NCBI GenBank assembly: GCA_947259275.1
Contig: CAMYMH010000001.1
Coordinates: forward strand, 37,397-101,396
From: an uncultured Acidimicrobiaceae bacterium
Lineage (GTDB): Bacteria > Actinomycetota > Acidimicrobiia > Spongiisociales > SHLN01
Reading direction: 5' to 3'
DNA length: 64,000 bases
Of this stretch, positions 9,003 through 18,382 are shown piece by piece. Position numbers and translations under genes: made by a program. The notes under the pieces are model-generated. The model did not search any database. It was not told the origin of the DNA and saw only the letters and a list, made by a program, of their open reading frames with translations. Within the stretch, counting starts at the first letter, position 1. Each line of letters opens with the position of its first letter.

Positions 9003-10898
9003 TCAGGTTTGAGCGCCGCCGGCGCCGGGTTGCCAGTGGCGCAGAGGTTGGTACCGGGCCCCGCCGGGGCTGTAGAACTTTCCGAAGAACTCGACGTAGT
9101 GGAGGCGTAGCGAATGGATAGTGGGGCTGAAGACACCGAGAACAAAGTTGACGAGGTGGAAAAGCAGGGCGAACAGCACGCCTACGACGGCGCTTCCCAT
9201 CTCACCGGCCATGCGGTTGGCCACGATCGCCATCATTACCGAGGCAGTTCCGAGCGCCATGACACGGGCATAGGAGAAGATGTTGCTGAGGGCGGCCAGG
9301 ATCTCGACGGGGGCGATGATCCCCTCCGCGAACACCAACACCGGGAACACCACCAGGATGACGATCACGATCGGCGTGAAGAACCTGGCCGGCAGAACCT
9401 CCGCCGCGGCGAGAATCGCCAGGAGAATGAGGACCACTACCAGCGCCGACAGTCCCCGTCCGAGGGCATGCCGGGGTTGATGGTGAAAGGCTGAGACCGC
9501 CCCCAAGACCAAACCAAGCACGACGTGCACGAAGCCGATGGCGACCGCTAAGCCGAGGAAGGGAAGGAGGGCTTCGTCTCGATGGAACCAGAGCGGCTTC
9601 AGGCCAAGCGTCCGGGTGCCGAGATCGCCGAACACCTCGCCGAACAAGACGCCGAAGATGATCGCAAACAGGCCGCACACAGCTGCGATATGGGTAACCG
9701 ACCGGAGCGTCGACTCGGGCTCGGCCCGCCGCCATAGACCCGCAGAGAGCGCAACGAGAACGATCCCATACCCAGCGTCGCCCAGGATGAGTCCGAAGAA
9801 GACCGGAAAGAAGAAGGCAACGAACGGTGTGGGGTCGATGCTGCCGTAGCGAGGCAGCGGCAGGAACCGGACGATGGTCTCGAAGGGACGAAACAGCCCT
9901 GGGTTGGATAGCACCACCGGTGCCGAGGTGTCTTCCCATTCTTCTGTCTCCAGGAACTCGACCACTATGTCATCCCCGAACCGCTCGCTCACGTGTCTTT
10001 GGAGACTGTCCCTGTCCCTGTCCGGGAGCCAGCCTTCGACGACGAAGGCGTGCGGTGTGGCGCGGGGCAGTTGCATTGCTTGCTCGGCAACGAGTCGGTC
10101 GTTGAGTGCCACCCGGGCCAGGTGCAGTTCGCCACCCTCGGCGGAGACGAGACCCTCAAGCTCGGAACGCAGCCGGCTCAACTCCCCGGGGATGAGCTCG
10201 AGTCGGTGACGCATGTCCGGAAGTGCTTGTGCTACCGACTCGCCCCGGTATGAGGGCGGCACCCGGACTTCTTCGACACGGGCCGCGGACATCATTGCTT
10301 CGATTGGCTGGGCCGATGCCACCGGCACCACCAGCAGTCCCGCCGTCTCGCCGGTGGGTAGCCCTCTGACGCGAAGGTCGAGCGGTTCGCCGGACAGCTT
10401 GGAGACCTCGGATCGCAGTTCACGCAGCGCCTGCTCGCCTCCTTCGGCGAATGTCACGCAGAAGGACACGGTGTCCGCAGGTATCTCGGCTCTGTCGAAC
10501 AGCGACTGGAAGGCCTTCAAGAGGTCCTGATACTTGGCGAGGAGTGCCAGCTCGTCCTCGAGCTCCTGGATGTGTCCGGTCAGCTGATCGGCTTGCCGCC
10601 GGAAGCGGCGGGCTTGTCGCGCCCAGGCTGCGATCTCTTGGCGGCCGGCGGGCCCGACGTCGTCGGAGATCACCGGGGCGGGCAGGTGTGGAAGCACATG
10701 CTCGATGTCGGCAAGTGCCGAGGTCGCCATCCTTACCTCTCTTTCCTGGGCAGGGGTCCGACGGACTGGGGCTACCAGGTCGGAGTCCACCTCGGATGCC
10801 ACTACCTGGATGGTCCCCAAATCCTGGAGGGCCCGGATTGCAGCCGGCAGCCTGGTGAGAGATCCCAACAGTCGCACCTTCACCATGCGCAAGATCAT
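9003..10898 (-). CDS. atpI: A/V-type ATP synthase subunit I (a-subunit)
   Basis: 631 aa. Long soluble coiled-coil N-half followed by a multi-TM C-half containing the conserved Arg region. Confidence 0.85.
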   Translation of the reverse strand: MILRMVKVRLLGSLTRLPAAIRALQDLGTIQVVASEVDSDLVAPVRRTPAQEREVRMATSALADIEHVLPHLPAPVISDDVGPAGRQEIAAWARQARRFRRQADQLTGHIQELEDELALLAKYQDLLKAFQSLFDRAEIPADTVSFCVTFAEGGEQALRELRSEVSKLSGEPLDLRVRGLPTGETAGLLVVPVASAQPIEAMMSAARVEEVRVPPSYRGESVAQALPDMRHRLELIPGELSRLRSELEGLVSAEGGELHLARVALNDRLVAEQAMQLPRATPHAFVVEGWLPDRDRDSLQRHVSERFGDDIVVEFLETEEWEDTSAPVVLSNPGLFRPFETIVRFLPLPRYGSIDPTPFVAFFFPVFFGLILGDAGYGIVLVALSAGLWRRAEPESTLRSVTHIAAVCGLFAIIFGVLFGEVFGDLGTRTLGLKPLWFHRDEALLPFLGLAVAIGFVHVVLGLVLGAVSAFHHQPRHALGRGLSALVVVLILLAILAAAEVLPARFFTPIVIVILVVFPVLVFAEGIIAPVEILAALSNIFSYARVMALGTASVMMAIVANRMAGEMGSAVVGVLFALLFHLVNFVLGVFSPTIHSLRLHYVEFFGKFYSPGGARYQPLRHWQPGAGGAQT

Positions 10899-11239
10899 GT
10901 CTGTCCTCGGCCGGGAGCTTGTCCGACGATGACTGCGAGCAGCGCATCTTCGGCAAGCTCGGCGATTTGATCGTTGGTCACCGAGTCGAATCGCTCCGCC
11001 TTACGCTCCAACTCGAGGATCTCGGCGTGCGCCTTCTGCTCGAAGCGAGCTCGCAGCGTCGCTCGCTTGGCGGAGAGTTCGCGGTCACACCGTTGGCGGG
11101 CTTGTTCGGCTTCAGCCGCGGCCTTGGCGAGTCCCAGCTGCGCTTCCTCTCGGGTCGCAGCCAGATCCTGTGCCAGCCGGGCCTCGGTGGCGAGTAGGTC
11201 GGCGAGGAATCCGGTGACTTCGGCGGGGGCGTCACTCAT
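10895..11239 (-). CDS. A/V-type ATP synthase subunit G/H (small coiled-coil stalk subunit)
   Basis: Start MSDAPAEVTGFLADLLATEARL at 11237-11239. About 114 aa of Ala/Glu-rich coiled coil. First gene of the operon, with an ATGA overlap with atpI. The ORF-track start is over-extended. Confidence 0.55.
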   Translation of the reverse strand: MSDAPAEVTGFLADLLATEARLAQDLAATREEAQLGLAKAAAEAEQARQRCDRELSAKRATLRARFEQKAHAEILELERKAERFDSVTNDQIAELAEDALLAVIVGQAPGRGQT

Positions 11240-11583
11240 TGCTCGGCTTGCCCGCATTCGCCGGGCCCGTTCACGCATGCCCGGCCAAAAGAGGCGGGCA
11301 ATCCTCCTTTCACCTAATTCTACAGGCCGGCTGGGGTTGCTTGTCAGCAGCCCCCTAGGTGTGAGGTGTCCGAGCTGCGGGAGGCGGCTACAGCTTCCGT
11401 CGATGTCTGCATGGTCCACGTCGCGTTCCCTGACGAGGGGCACCCTCGCACGCTCCTGGACGAGCTCGTGGCGGTCCACGGACGGGGGTCGCGGTGCGGG
11501 TGCTGCAGGATCGCGACCGGCCGAGCGACCCGTTCAACTCGCTGGTCATCAACACGCCCGCGAAGGAATTCCTGGAGGCGAAC

Positions 11584-11792
11584 GGCGTGCCAGTCAGCGG
11601 CGCGCAACGAGGCAACAATTAGGCAATGCGACGAAGAGAAACAAACGGAAACGACCGGAACCAACGGGAGCCAAACACCAGCTCGCGAAAGGAAAAACGC
11701 CCGAAAACCCAACAACCATGGGTGTCCTTGAAACCCGCCGCGTTGCCTTCACACGGCAGAGGCGCGGGGTTCGACACCCGGAGCGCCCACAA
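11584..11792 (+). repeat. intergenic repeat element copy A (long form, tRNA-like 3' module)
   Basis: Contains GGCAACAATTAGGCAATGCGACGAAGAGAAACA...GGAAACGACCGGAACCAAC...CGCGTTGCC-TTCACACGGCAGAGG-CGGGGTTCGACACCCGG-AGCGCCC-A. The 3' end is a T-arm plus acceptor-like module. GGCAA.GCG pairs with CGCGTTGCC. Confidence 0.6.
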
Positions 11793-11870
11793 CGCCATCC
11801 ACCGAGTCCTCACGCCGAGATCGATGGCCGCCCCCTGCTCCCAGCGATTGCCGGCACGCTTCTCAACGCG

Positions 11871-12569
11871 TCAGGACTGGCGTCTTTCTGTCGATGCTTC
11901 CACCCAACGCAGGAGTTCGACCGGCAGCGGAAAGATGAGGGTGGGATTCTTCTCAGCCGCGACGTCGGTCATGGTGGAGAGCACGCGCAGCTGCAAGGCA
12001 GCCGGATGTGTCTCCAGGATGGCGGCCGCTTCCCCCAGTTCCTGGGCTGCTTCCCGCTCCCCGCGGGCATGAATCACCTTGGCTCGCCGCTCTCGTTCTG
12101 ACTCGGCCTGGCGCGCCATAGCTCGGCGCATGGCCTCGGGCAGCTCGACATCCTTTACTTCCACCAGGGTCACCTTCACGCCCCAAGGGTCGGTGAGCTG
12201 ATCGATGATCTGCTGGAGGCGCTGGTTGATCTCGTCTCGCTTGACGAGCAGATCGTCGAGATCGGCTTGCCCAACAATGCTCCGCAGGGTCGTCTGAGCT
12301 ACTTGGCCGGTCCCGAAGAAGAAGTCCTCGATGGCTATCACAGCCTTTACCTAGTCAACCACGTTGAAATACGCCACCGCGTTCACCCGGACGGTCACGT
12401 TGTCCTTGGTGATGATGTCCTGGGGTGGGATGTCCAAGGTCCTGGTCCGGAGGCTGATCCGCACCATCCGATCGGCGTGATTCCAGTCTCGGCTCCGTTT
12501 TTGCGCAGTAGCGGTTGATCCGCGCTCGTGCCTAACGGAATCGCGGCTGCGAGCACCAGTGACCGGCAC
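11871..12569 (-). pseudogene. SPFH/band-7 (stomatin-like) gene interrupted by an in-frame TAG at 12351-12353 and lacking the N-terminal TM region
   Basis: The N-part (…[39 protein letters not shown]) and C-part (VKAVIAIEDFFFGTGQVAQTTLRSIVGQ…EREKRAKVIHARGE) are in the same frame, separated by TAG at the position of the conserved VVDP. A stop at 12576-12578 lies just upstream. Confidence 0.6.
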
Positions 12570-12598
12570 TGGTGCTCAGCCGCACGGTGGGAAAGGAG

Positions 12599-13024
12599 CT
12601 ACTTCTCTAACTGGCCCCGCAGCGCGCCGGGCGGGAACGCCGCATTGTGCACGTTCACGTAATAGTCGCCCGGGTTCTGGCGGATCGCCTTGGCCAAACC
12701 CTTGTCGACGCCGTCGACGCAGCCCGACAGCCCGTTGTTCGCAACGTCGAAGTCGACGACAACCCCACTGGCCACGCCGGCAGGCGCATCGTGGATGTGG
12801 GCCGCGAGAATCGTGTCGACGTCGGCGACGGTGATGTCAAAACACACCTCGCCTCGTCCCTGGTTGATCATCACAGCTGCGCTGCCCGAACCGTCCGGAT
12901 CACCCGGACCCGGCACCTCAGCCGCCCCGGTGAGCGTGGCCTCAAGCGGCCGTCCGCCGGCCGCAGCCGGGACCGCCAGTGCAACCACGACCAGCACGAT
13001 CACGGTTACGAATACTTTCCTCAT
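12599..13024 (-). CDS. secreted CHRD-domain protein
   Basis: Signal peptide MRKVFVTVIVLVVVALAVPAAAGG, then CHRD-like motifs (AAHIHDAPAGVASGVVV). The ORF-track start is over-extended into Arg-rich junk. Confidence 0.55.
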   Translation of the reverse strand: MRKVFVTVIVLVVVALAVPAAAGGRPLEATLTGAAEVPGPGDPDGSGSAAVMINQGRGEVCFDITVADVDTILAAHIHDAPAGVASGVVVDFDVANNGLSGCVDGVDKGLAKAIRQNPGDYYVNVHNAAFPPGALRGQLEK

Positions 13025-13411
13025 CGGACCTCCTCCGTCCTTGCCGACACCGTCGGTCACAATACGTCGCCGGCCTCCTTTTGGTTCAATCGTTCTCGGC
13101 CCGCGCTCCGCTGTCTTCATGTGACTGCAGTGATGGTTCCCGGCACAAGAGTCGCCTGTCCGAGTGACGAGGCTCCCGCGCATGCTCGTGGAAACGCCTA
13201 GTGGGATCGCGTACACCGTCTACGCCTCCTGGCTCGACGTCGCGACGGGGTGAGCAGCCAGCCCGGCGCGGTCATGAACGGTGGCCTTGCCGAGACGTGC
13301 CGCTTCGGCGACATCAGGCATTGGGCTCGATTCGCCGTCACGGCCTCGATGAGCTGTAGCGGATGGTCACTGAGGAGAACCGAGGAACAGGGTTGCTGCG
13401 TATGGTCAGAG

Positions 13412-13860
13412 ATGGCAGGCGTGAAGATGCGGCACAGCCGATTGTCTCCTCCGATTGGCTGGCGCCGATTCGGGGCGATGCCCTCGTGGGTGCTTCTCCC
13501 GCAGCTCTTTCTGGCGGCTGGCTGGCTGCGTGCAGGCATCGAGAACGCCACCACGAGTGAATGGTGGACTGGTGAGACGCTGCGTCGATTCCTGGAGGTG
13601 GACACTGACCACGCGGTCACGATCTACGAGCCTTTCTCTCCCATGTGGTTGAGCCTTATGCCGTCGTGGTCGCAGTGACGGTGTGCTTCGCCGAGCTGGC
13701 GATCGCTGCACTGCTCGCCCTCAATAGCCGGGTCCTCGGCGCCCTGCTCGTCGCCACCTTCCTCAACCAACGAGAACGAAGACGCCGGCTGGGGTTGGGG
13801 GCCTATTGCGTGCTTGCCCTATGTCTAAGCACGCGTGTCGGCTTCTGGGCAACGGATTAG
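13412..13860 (+). pseudogene. DoxX-like integral membrane protein with a frameshift near 13640
   Basis: Two overlapping ORFs (13250..13678 and 13645..13860) together give WLRAGIENATTSEWW…TIYEPFS / HVVEPYAVVVAVTVCFAELAIAALLALNSRVLGALLVATFLN. The shift occurs in a CTTTCTCTCCC run. Confidence 0.4.
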
Positions 13861-13940
13861 GCAACCCGTGGACGGAAAGAGGGGAGTCGATCCCTCGCGC
13901 CTCGAAGCCAGCCTTCCAGTCTGGCGAGAGACCGAGCGCC

Positions 13941-13968
13941 GACGTGCTCAACACCAGTAGCGCCCACC
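13941..13968 (+). repeat. fragment (copy G) of the tRNA-like 3' module of the repeat family
   Basis: GCTCAACACCAGTAGCGCCCACCC closely matches the 3' end of copy B (GGCTCAATCCCAGTAGCGCCCACCG). Confidence 0.4.
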
Positions 13969-14194
13969 CATAGATCCGTATGAGTAGAACTCTCGATAGC
14001 TACCAGCGAAGACGTTCGGTGGCCACCAGCGAGGACATCAACCTGGCTATTGACACTCTCTTGGAGGATCGCGCTGGATTACCTCAACCGGCGTGTTCGA
14101 CTCGACGGTGTCATTCCCCGGCCCACGGGCCGGGGTGAGCCGCAACGGACGAAAGACGCTCAGGGCGCGTTCTTGTATCCGAGCGCCTGCATGC

Positions 14195-15808
14195 TCAGTC
14201 ACCAAGAGAGCTCCACACGATTTCACCTCCGACCATGGTCATATCAGATCTGATCTGAGGCAGCTCCGATGCAGGCACCGAGAAGTAGTCCTCGGACAGG
14301 ACCGTGATGTCGGCAAGTCGCCCTGGTTCCAGGACGCCACGCTCGTCCTCCTCGAAGGAGAACCAGGGGGCTTCGCGCGTCATGAGCGAGAGGGCGGAGA
14401 CTCGATCCAGCGTGTTGTCTGGATTCCAAACCTGGAGGCCACTGAGTGTCGTTCCGGTAGTCAGCCATTGGAGCGTGGCAAACGGGTTGTAGGTGGCGGC
14501 CCGGAGGCCGTCGGAGCCAACGGCGACCTTGATGCCGGCTGAACGCAGTTTCTTCAGATTCGGCGCAAACGTGAACCGCTTTGGGTCCCAGATCTCGACG
14601 AACTTGTCCCCTCCCATGCGCAGCATTGCCTCGCCGATAACTCCTACGCCCATCGCGGCGAGGCGATCGTAATGCTCCTCGGTCAACGAAATACCGTGGA
14701 CGATGGTCCAGCGGAGCGAGTCGATGGGCGTGGAGGCGTGGACCCTGGACCACACGTCGATGACCAATTCGGTCGTGTCCGGGTGAATGACGTGCATCTG
14801 AACCGTCCGCCCTGAGGTGGCACACTGACGAAAGATCGCCTCGGCCCGGGAGACATTCTCCGGAGTGATGGTCGGTGGGCGCGCCACATGGTCGTGCAAA
14901 GGCCACAGCATGACCTCACCCACACCGAGAACCGACAGTTTCTTGTCCCCCACTCTGGGAGGGATAAAACGCACGTAGCCCCCGATCTCGGCTTCTTCGG
15001 CGCCCGGGCCGCTGGAGTGCATCGTGAGTCGAACCCTGGGGATCAGTTGCCCTCGTCGCCAGACTTCGAAGAGTGGACCGTATACGTCAGGGCCTGTGTT
15101 GACGCCTCCGCCATCGATCACCCCCGTTATCCCAAATCTGGCGAACTCCTGGCCGGCGGCGATGGTCGATTGGATTTGGTCTTCGAAGGATGGCACCGGA
15201 AGCTGCGCATAGAGCCACTTGAGAGAATGCTGCGATCGGACAACACCGGTTGGAGCACCCTGGTCGTCGTAGTCGATGGTGTCCGGGTCAACCCCGTCCG
15301 AAGGGGCTCTTCCCAGCGGGACGAGCTCCTTGCCCAGGGTATTGAGCATGCCGTATTCGTATAGAAACTGGACCAGCACCGGATGATCGGGAGCGACCCT
15401 GTCCAAGTCCTCGATGGTTGGGTGCTGCTTCTCGGCGAACTGGAACGGATGCCACCCGCCGATCACCGTGATCCACTCTCCAGGGGGCAATGCACGCGCC
15501 CGATCTGCGATCAGGTCCAAGCCCTCGGCAAGACTCGTCACCGTTCCCCAGCGCACCTCGTTGTTCCAAGTGAATCCGGCACGTGCGAAGTGAACATGTG
15601 AATCGATGAGGCCGGGAACCACCGTTCTTCCTTCGACGTCAATCACTCGCGTTTCCTCATCGATCATGTCGCTGATCTCAGCCGCCGAACCAACCGCGGC
15701 CACGCGATCTCCGGAGATGGTGAGAGCCTCCGCGTCGTTGACCTCGTCGGTCCTCATAGTTGTGATACGCCCACCGATGATCACGGAGTCTGCTGGTCTC
15801 TGAGTCAC
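14195..15808 (-). CDS. amidohydrolase-3 family metal-dependent hydrolase
   Basis: 537 aa. N-terminal GRITTM…VVPGLIDSHVHF metal-binding motif and a long TIM-barrel body typical of YtcJ-like amidohydrolases. Confidence 0.8.
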   Translation of the reverse strand: MTQRPADSVIIGGRITTMRTDEVNDAEALTISGDRVAAVGSAAEISDMIDEETRVIDVEGRTVVPGLIDSHVHFARAGFTWNNEVRWGTVTSLAEGLDLIADRARALPPGEWITVIGGWHPFQFAEKQHPTIEDLDRVAPDHPVLVQFLYEYGMLNTLGKELVPLGRAPSDGVDPDTIDYDDQGAPTGVVRSQHSLKWLYAQLPVPSFEDQIQSTIAAGQEFARFGITGVIDGGGVNTGPDVYGPLFEVWRRGQLIPRVRLTMHSSGPGAEEAEIGGYVRFIPPRVGDKKLSVLGVGEVMLWPLHDHVARPPTITPENVSRAEAIFRQCATSGRTVQMHVIHPDTTELVIDVWSRVHASTPIDSLRWTIVHGISLTEEHYDRLAAMGVGVIGEAMLRMGGDKFVEIWDPKRFTFAPNLKKLRSAGIKVAVGSDGLRAATYNPFATLQWLTTGTTLSGLQVWNPDNTLDRVSALSLMTREAPWFSFEEDERGVLEPGRLADITVLSEDYFSVPASELPQIRSDMTMVGGEIVWSSLGD

Positions 15809-16020
15809 TCCCTCCTCCTTCTGTTGACCACATCTGTTTGTTCTGTTTCTCCGGCGAAGATCATACGGCGCGGTGTCGTACCGATCCGAAGGGTCGGTGC
15901 CGGTGAAGAAGTGACTGGATCACGGACGACTGTGGACTCCTCGGCGACCGCTCAGCCGCCACGGGCTAGCTCGAGCACCTCGTACTCTTCCGAGTGTCGG
16001 AGGAGGTGCCAAGGGGAAGT

Positions 16021-16095
16021 GGTAACGGCGACATTGCCCGCGTTCCTTCACACGGCAGAGGTGCCGGGTTCGACACCCACCCGGAGCGCCCACGG
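16021..16095 (+). repeat. repeat element copy E (short form without the A-rich insert)
   Basis: GGTAACGGCGACATTG-CCCGCGTTCCTTCACACGGCAGAGG-TGCCGGGTTCGACACCCACCCGG-AGCGCCC-A. It has the same 5' GGCGACA and 3' module as the long copies, but about 110 nt are missing. Confidence 0.5.
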
Positions 16096-16254
16096 AAGCC
16101 CTTCGGGTTGGCGTGGGAGTTGGCGAAGCCAACTCCTTGGTCTTCTTTGGTAGAGCGCCTCCAGCACGGCACCGACCATCTGGGCCGGGGACGCAGGCGG
16201 GTCCGACGAGCTCGCGGCCGAGGCCGGCGGCTCCGGGCCGGCGCCAGTGTCCCG

Positions 16255-16422
16255 CTAGCCATCACCGCGTGGCGGGAGTACCGATCCGGCGGTGGCCGAG
16301 CATTCCGCATGTCCACACCTGCACGGCTCCGTGGTGTCACCGATGCCCATCCGACAGGTGGGCGCGCAGTAATCGTCACCCTCGAGGGGATCGCACGTGC
16401 ATGGATCAAATGCGCAGGTCAT
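16255..16422 (-). CDS. bacterial metallothionein (SmtA/BmtA-like), 55 aa. Not in the ORF track because it is under 60 aa
   Basis: Manual translation gives MTCAFDPCTCDPLEGDDYCAPTCRMGIGDTTEPCRCGHAECSATAGSVLPPRGDG*. Nine Cys plus His in a C.C..C…YC..C…C.CGH..C spacing, as in Metallothio_Pro. Confidence 0.55.
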   Translation of the reverse strand: MTCAFDPCTCDPLEGDDYCAPTCRMGIGDTTEPCRCGHAECSATAGSVLPPRGDG

Positions 16423-16836
16423 CTCGTTCACATCGTCTGCCGTCGGGGTCTACGTTGGCGGTTGGTGGCGTCGGAACACTAGTTGCGGTGGATCCTGCTG
16501 GCCGGCTTCGATGACCACCTCTTCGAGTGGCTGGATCGTCTCCGCCGCCAAGTAGAAATCAATACCGTGCTCTTCGAGTCGACGATCTCCGCTCCCCGAG
16601 TTGTCAACGTACGCCGTTCGCATGCGTGCGCCGTCTTCGCGGTCTTCGGCGAGGATCCTGATGCCGACGGTTTCGGGAATCCCTTGGTTGCGGCGACTCT
16701 CTTCGGTCAACGTCGCTGCGCTCGTCGAGAGACGGTCCATGAAGCGAGATCACCCCTTTCATTCGTATTGCGGTCCCGCCCACGACCGTAGGTGCGGCAC
16801 GCCTGTCATCAAATCGCGCCGGCCGCCGGACCGTGT

Positions 16837-18330
16837 TCAGCTCCCGGTGACCGGTGTCTGGGCGGCATAAGCCCGATCGGGAGGCGATTCCAGCGTCTCG
16901 AGGCCGAGGTCCGTGATCCGTAGCCGAGTGGATTCGACGTAGAAGCCGACCCGGCCCGAGGTGTGTCGATCGTCGGCCAGGGTGAGCGTGACGCGCCCAT
17001 ACAAGGAGAGTTCGATGTAGCTGCCGTAGCTGACCAGCGTAAAGTCAACCGGCCCCGGGCGGGGCACGAAGTTCGCAGTCTGGAGCTGGTGATAGTGGAA
17101 GGCCTCCTCGATGCTGCCCTGCGTATTGGTGGCCCAGTACCGAATCTGTGCGATGCCCTTGGCGAGGTCGAGCGATAGGTAGTAGCCGTCTCCTTCCCCC
17201 CTGAGATGCATCGCCACCCCGAACTTGCCGCTCGTTTCCAACGCCAGCGTTCCCGACAAGCGATAGTCGCGTCGTTCGCCTTTGATGAGGAACGCCTCGA
17301 ACCCACTATTGGAAACGGCAATGTAATCGTCGGTGCTCGCTTCGCAGGCGGCCGCCGGATTGCCGAACAACGCATCGAGGGGAGTGATATCGCTCCCGTC
17401 CTCGACCTTCGTCACCTTGTCGTCGAAGCCGCGATATGAGACCAGGCGGAGGGCGCCCGACTCGGTCACCTGCAGCTCCTTCGGCGGTGGCAACAGATGG
17501 TCTCCGCCGATGTCGCCCCCCACGTAGAAGAACGTCCATACCAGCGCAAGGTCCCGGCTGTCATCCTTGAAGACCCGAGCGGCATAGTTGCCCTGTGGGA
17601 GCAATACGTTGTCGGAGAAGTTCAGGTAGGGGCCGGTCAGTTCGTCGGAGTACCAGTAGTGGACCTTGACGTCCTCTCGAATGGAACCGATGAGATAGAA
17701 GCGGTTATCCATGGTGATCAAGCCGGGTACTTCGACGTCGTCATAGCGCCGGGGGTGATAGAGCGGCGGCCAGAACTCAAAGCGCTCCGGGGCTACTTCC
17801 TCGGCGAGGGCGACACATCCCCGTCGGATCACCGGTCCCTCGTTTGATCGCGCGGCTGCCAGCAGATAGCCGCGATCGCCGACCCGCAGGTAGTAGGGGT
17901 CGCGAAAACTCACCCAATGGCGTCCCTCCTCCAGAGTGTGCTCGTAGTGGCCGCCGGGGATCTCGAGGGGTAGCTCGTCGGAGGTGACCTTCTCCCAGTG
18001 GTACAAATCGCTGCTTCGCGCCAATCCGACTCGCTGAACTCGGCCGGCTTCCCGCATACACAATCCCGTGTAGAACATTCGCCACATTCCTGCCCGATGA
18101 GGATCGGGAGTGACGTGCATGGTCCAGAGCATGTCGTCGTCCCACGCGCCGGGGTCGGAGATGAACAGGGCGTTCTCAACTCGCCGCCACGCCAGGCCGT
18201 CCGCGGAGACGGCATGGGCGATGTAGTCATGGTTGGGGAGGACGAGGTGGAAGAGGTGGAAGAGCCCTTCGTGCCAAACGACGTCAATATCGCCGATCTC
18301 GGAAGACCGGAACCCGAGACCCGAGTACAT
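16837..18330 (-). CDS. GH32-family-like glycoside hydrolase (beta-fructofuranosidase superfamily) with a C-terminal beta-sandwich domain
   Basis: Motifs AHAVSADGLAW, FYTG, ARSSDLYHW, FRDPYY (RDP) and EVPGL match GH32 block spacing. The start was moved to MYSGLGF to avoid overlapping the divergent ROK gene. Confidence 0.55.
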   Translation of the reverse strand: MYSGLGFRSSEIGDIDVVWHEGLFHLFHLVLPNHDYIAHAVSADGLAWRRVENALFISDPGAWDDDMLWTMHVTPDPHRAGMWRMFYTGLCMREAGRVQRVGLARSSDLYHWEKVTSDELPLEIPGGHYEHTLEEGRHWVSFRDPYYLRVGDRGYLLAAARSNEGPVIRRGCVALAEEVAPERFEFWPPLYHPRRYDDVEVPGLITMDNRFYLIGSIREDVKVHYWYSDELTGPYLNFSDNVLLPQGNYAARVFKDDSRDLALVWTFFYVGGDIGGDHLLPPPKELQVTESGALRLVSYRGFDDKVTKVEDGSDITPLDALFGNPAAACEASTDDYIAVSNSGFEAFLIKGERRDYRLSGTLALETSGKFGVAMHLRGEGDGYYLSLDLAKGIAQIRYWATNTQGSIEEAFHYHQLQTANFVPRPGPVDFTLVSYGSYIELSLYGRVTLTLADDRHTSGRVGFYVESTRLRITDLGLETLESPPDRAYAAQTPVTGS

Positions 18331-18382
18331 CTCCCTACGGTAGACGAGGATCGGCGCCCGGACGGCGTGCCAGACTGGTCCC

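Noticed and set aside
12351-12353. In-frame TAG in the stomatin gene as evidence of stop-codon reassignment.
   Set aside because: TAG terminates other well-supported genes in the window, for example the SDR gene at 38666. The same stomatin gene also lacks its N-terminal TM region, so it is more parsimoniously a pseudogene.
13198-13620. 140-aa minus-strand ORF (Arg-rich) opposite the DoxX-like gene.
   Set aside because: Antisense to a membrane-protein gene with recognisable TM segments. Its composition is typical of GC-rich shadow ORFs.
16450-16740. 96-aa minus-strand ORF upstream of the metallothionein as a real gene.
   Set aside because: No motif and weak coding signal. It may be real, but I cannot support it from sequence alone.
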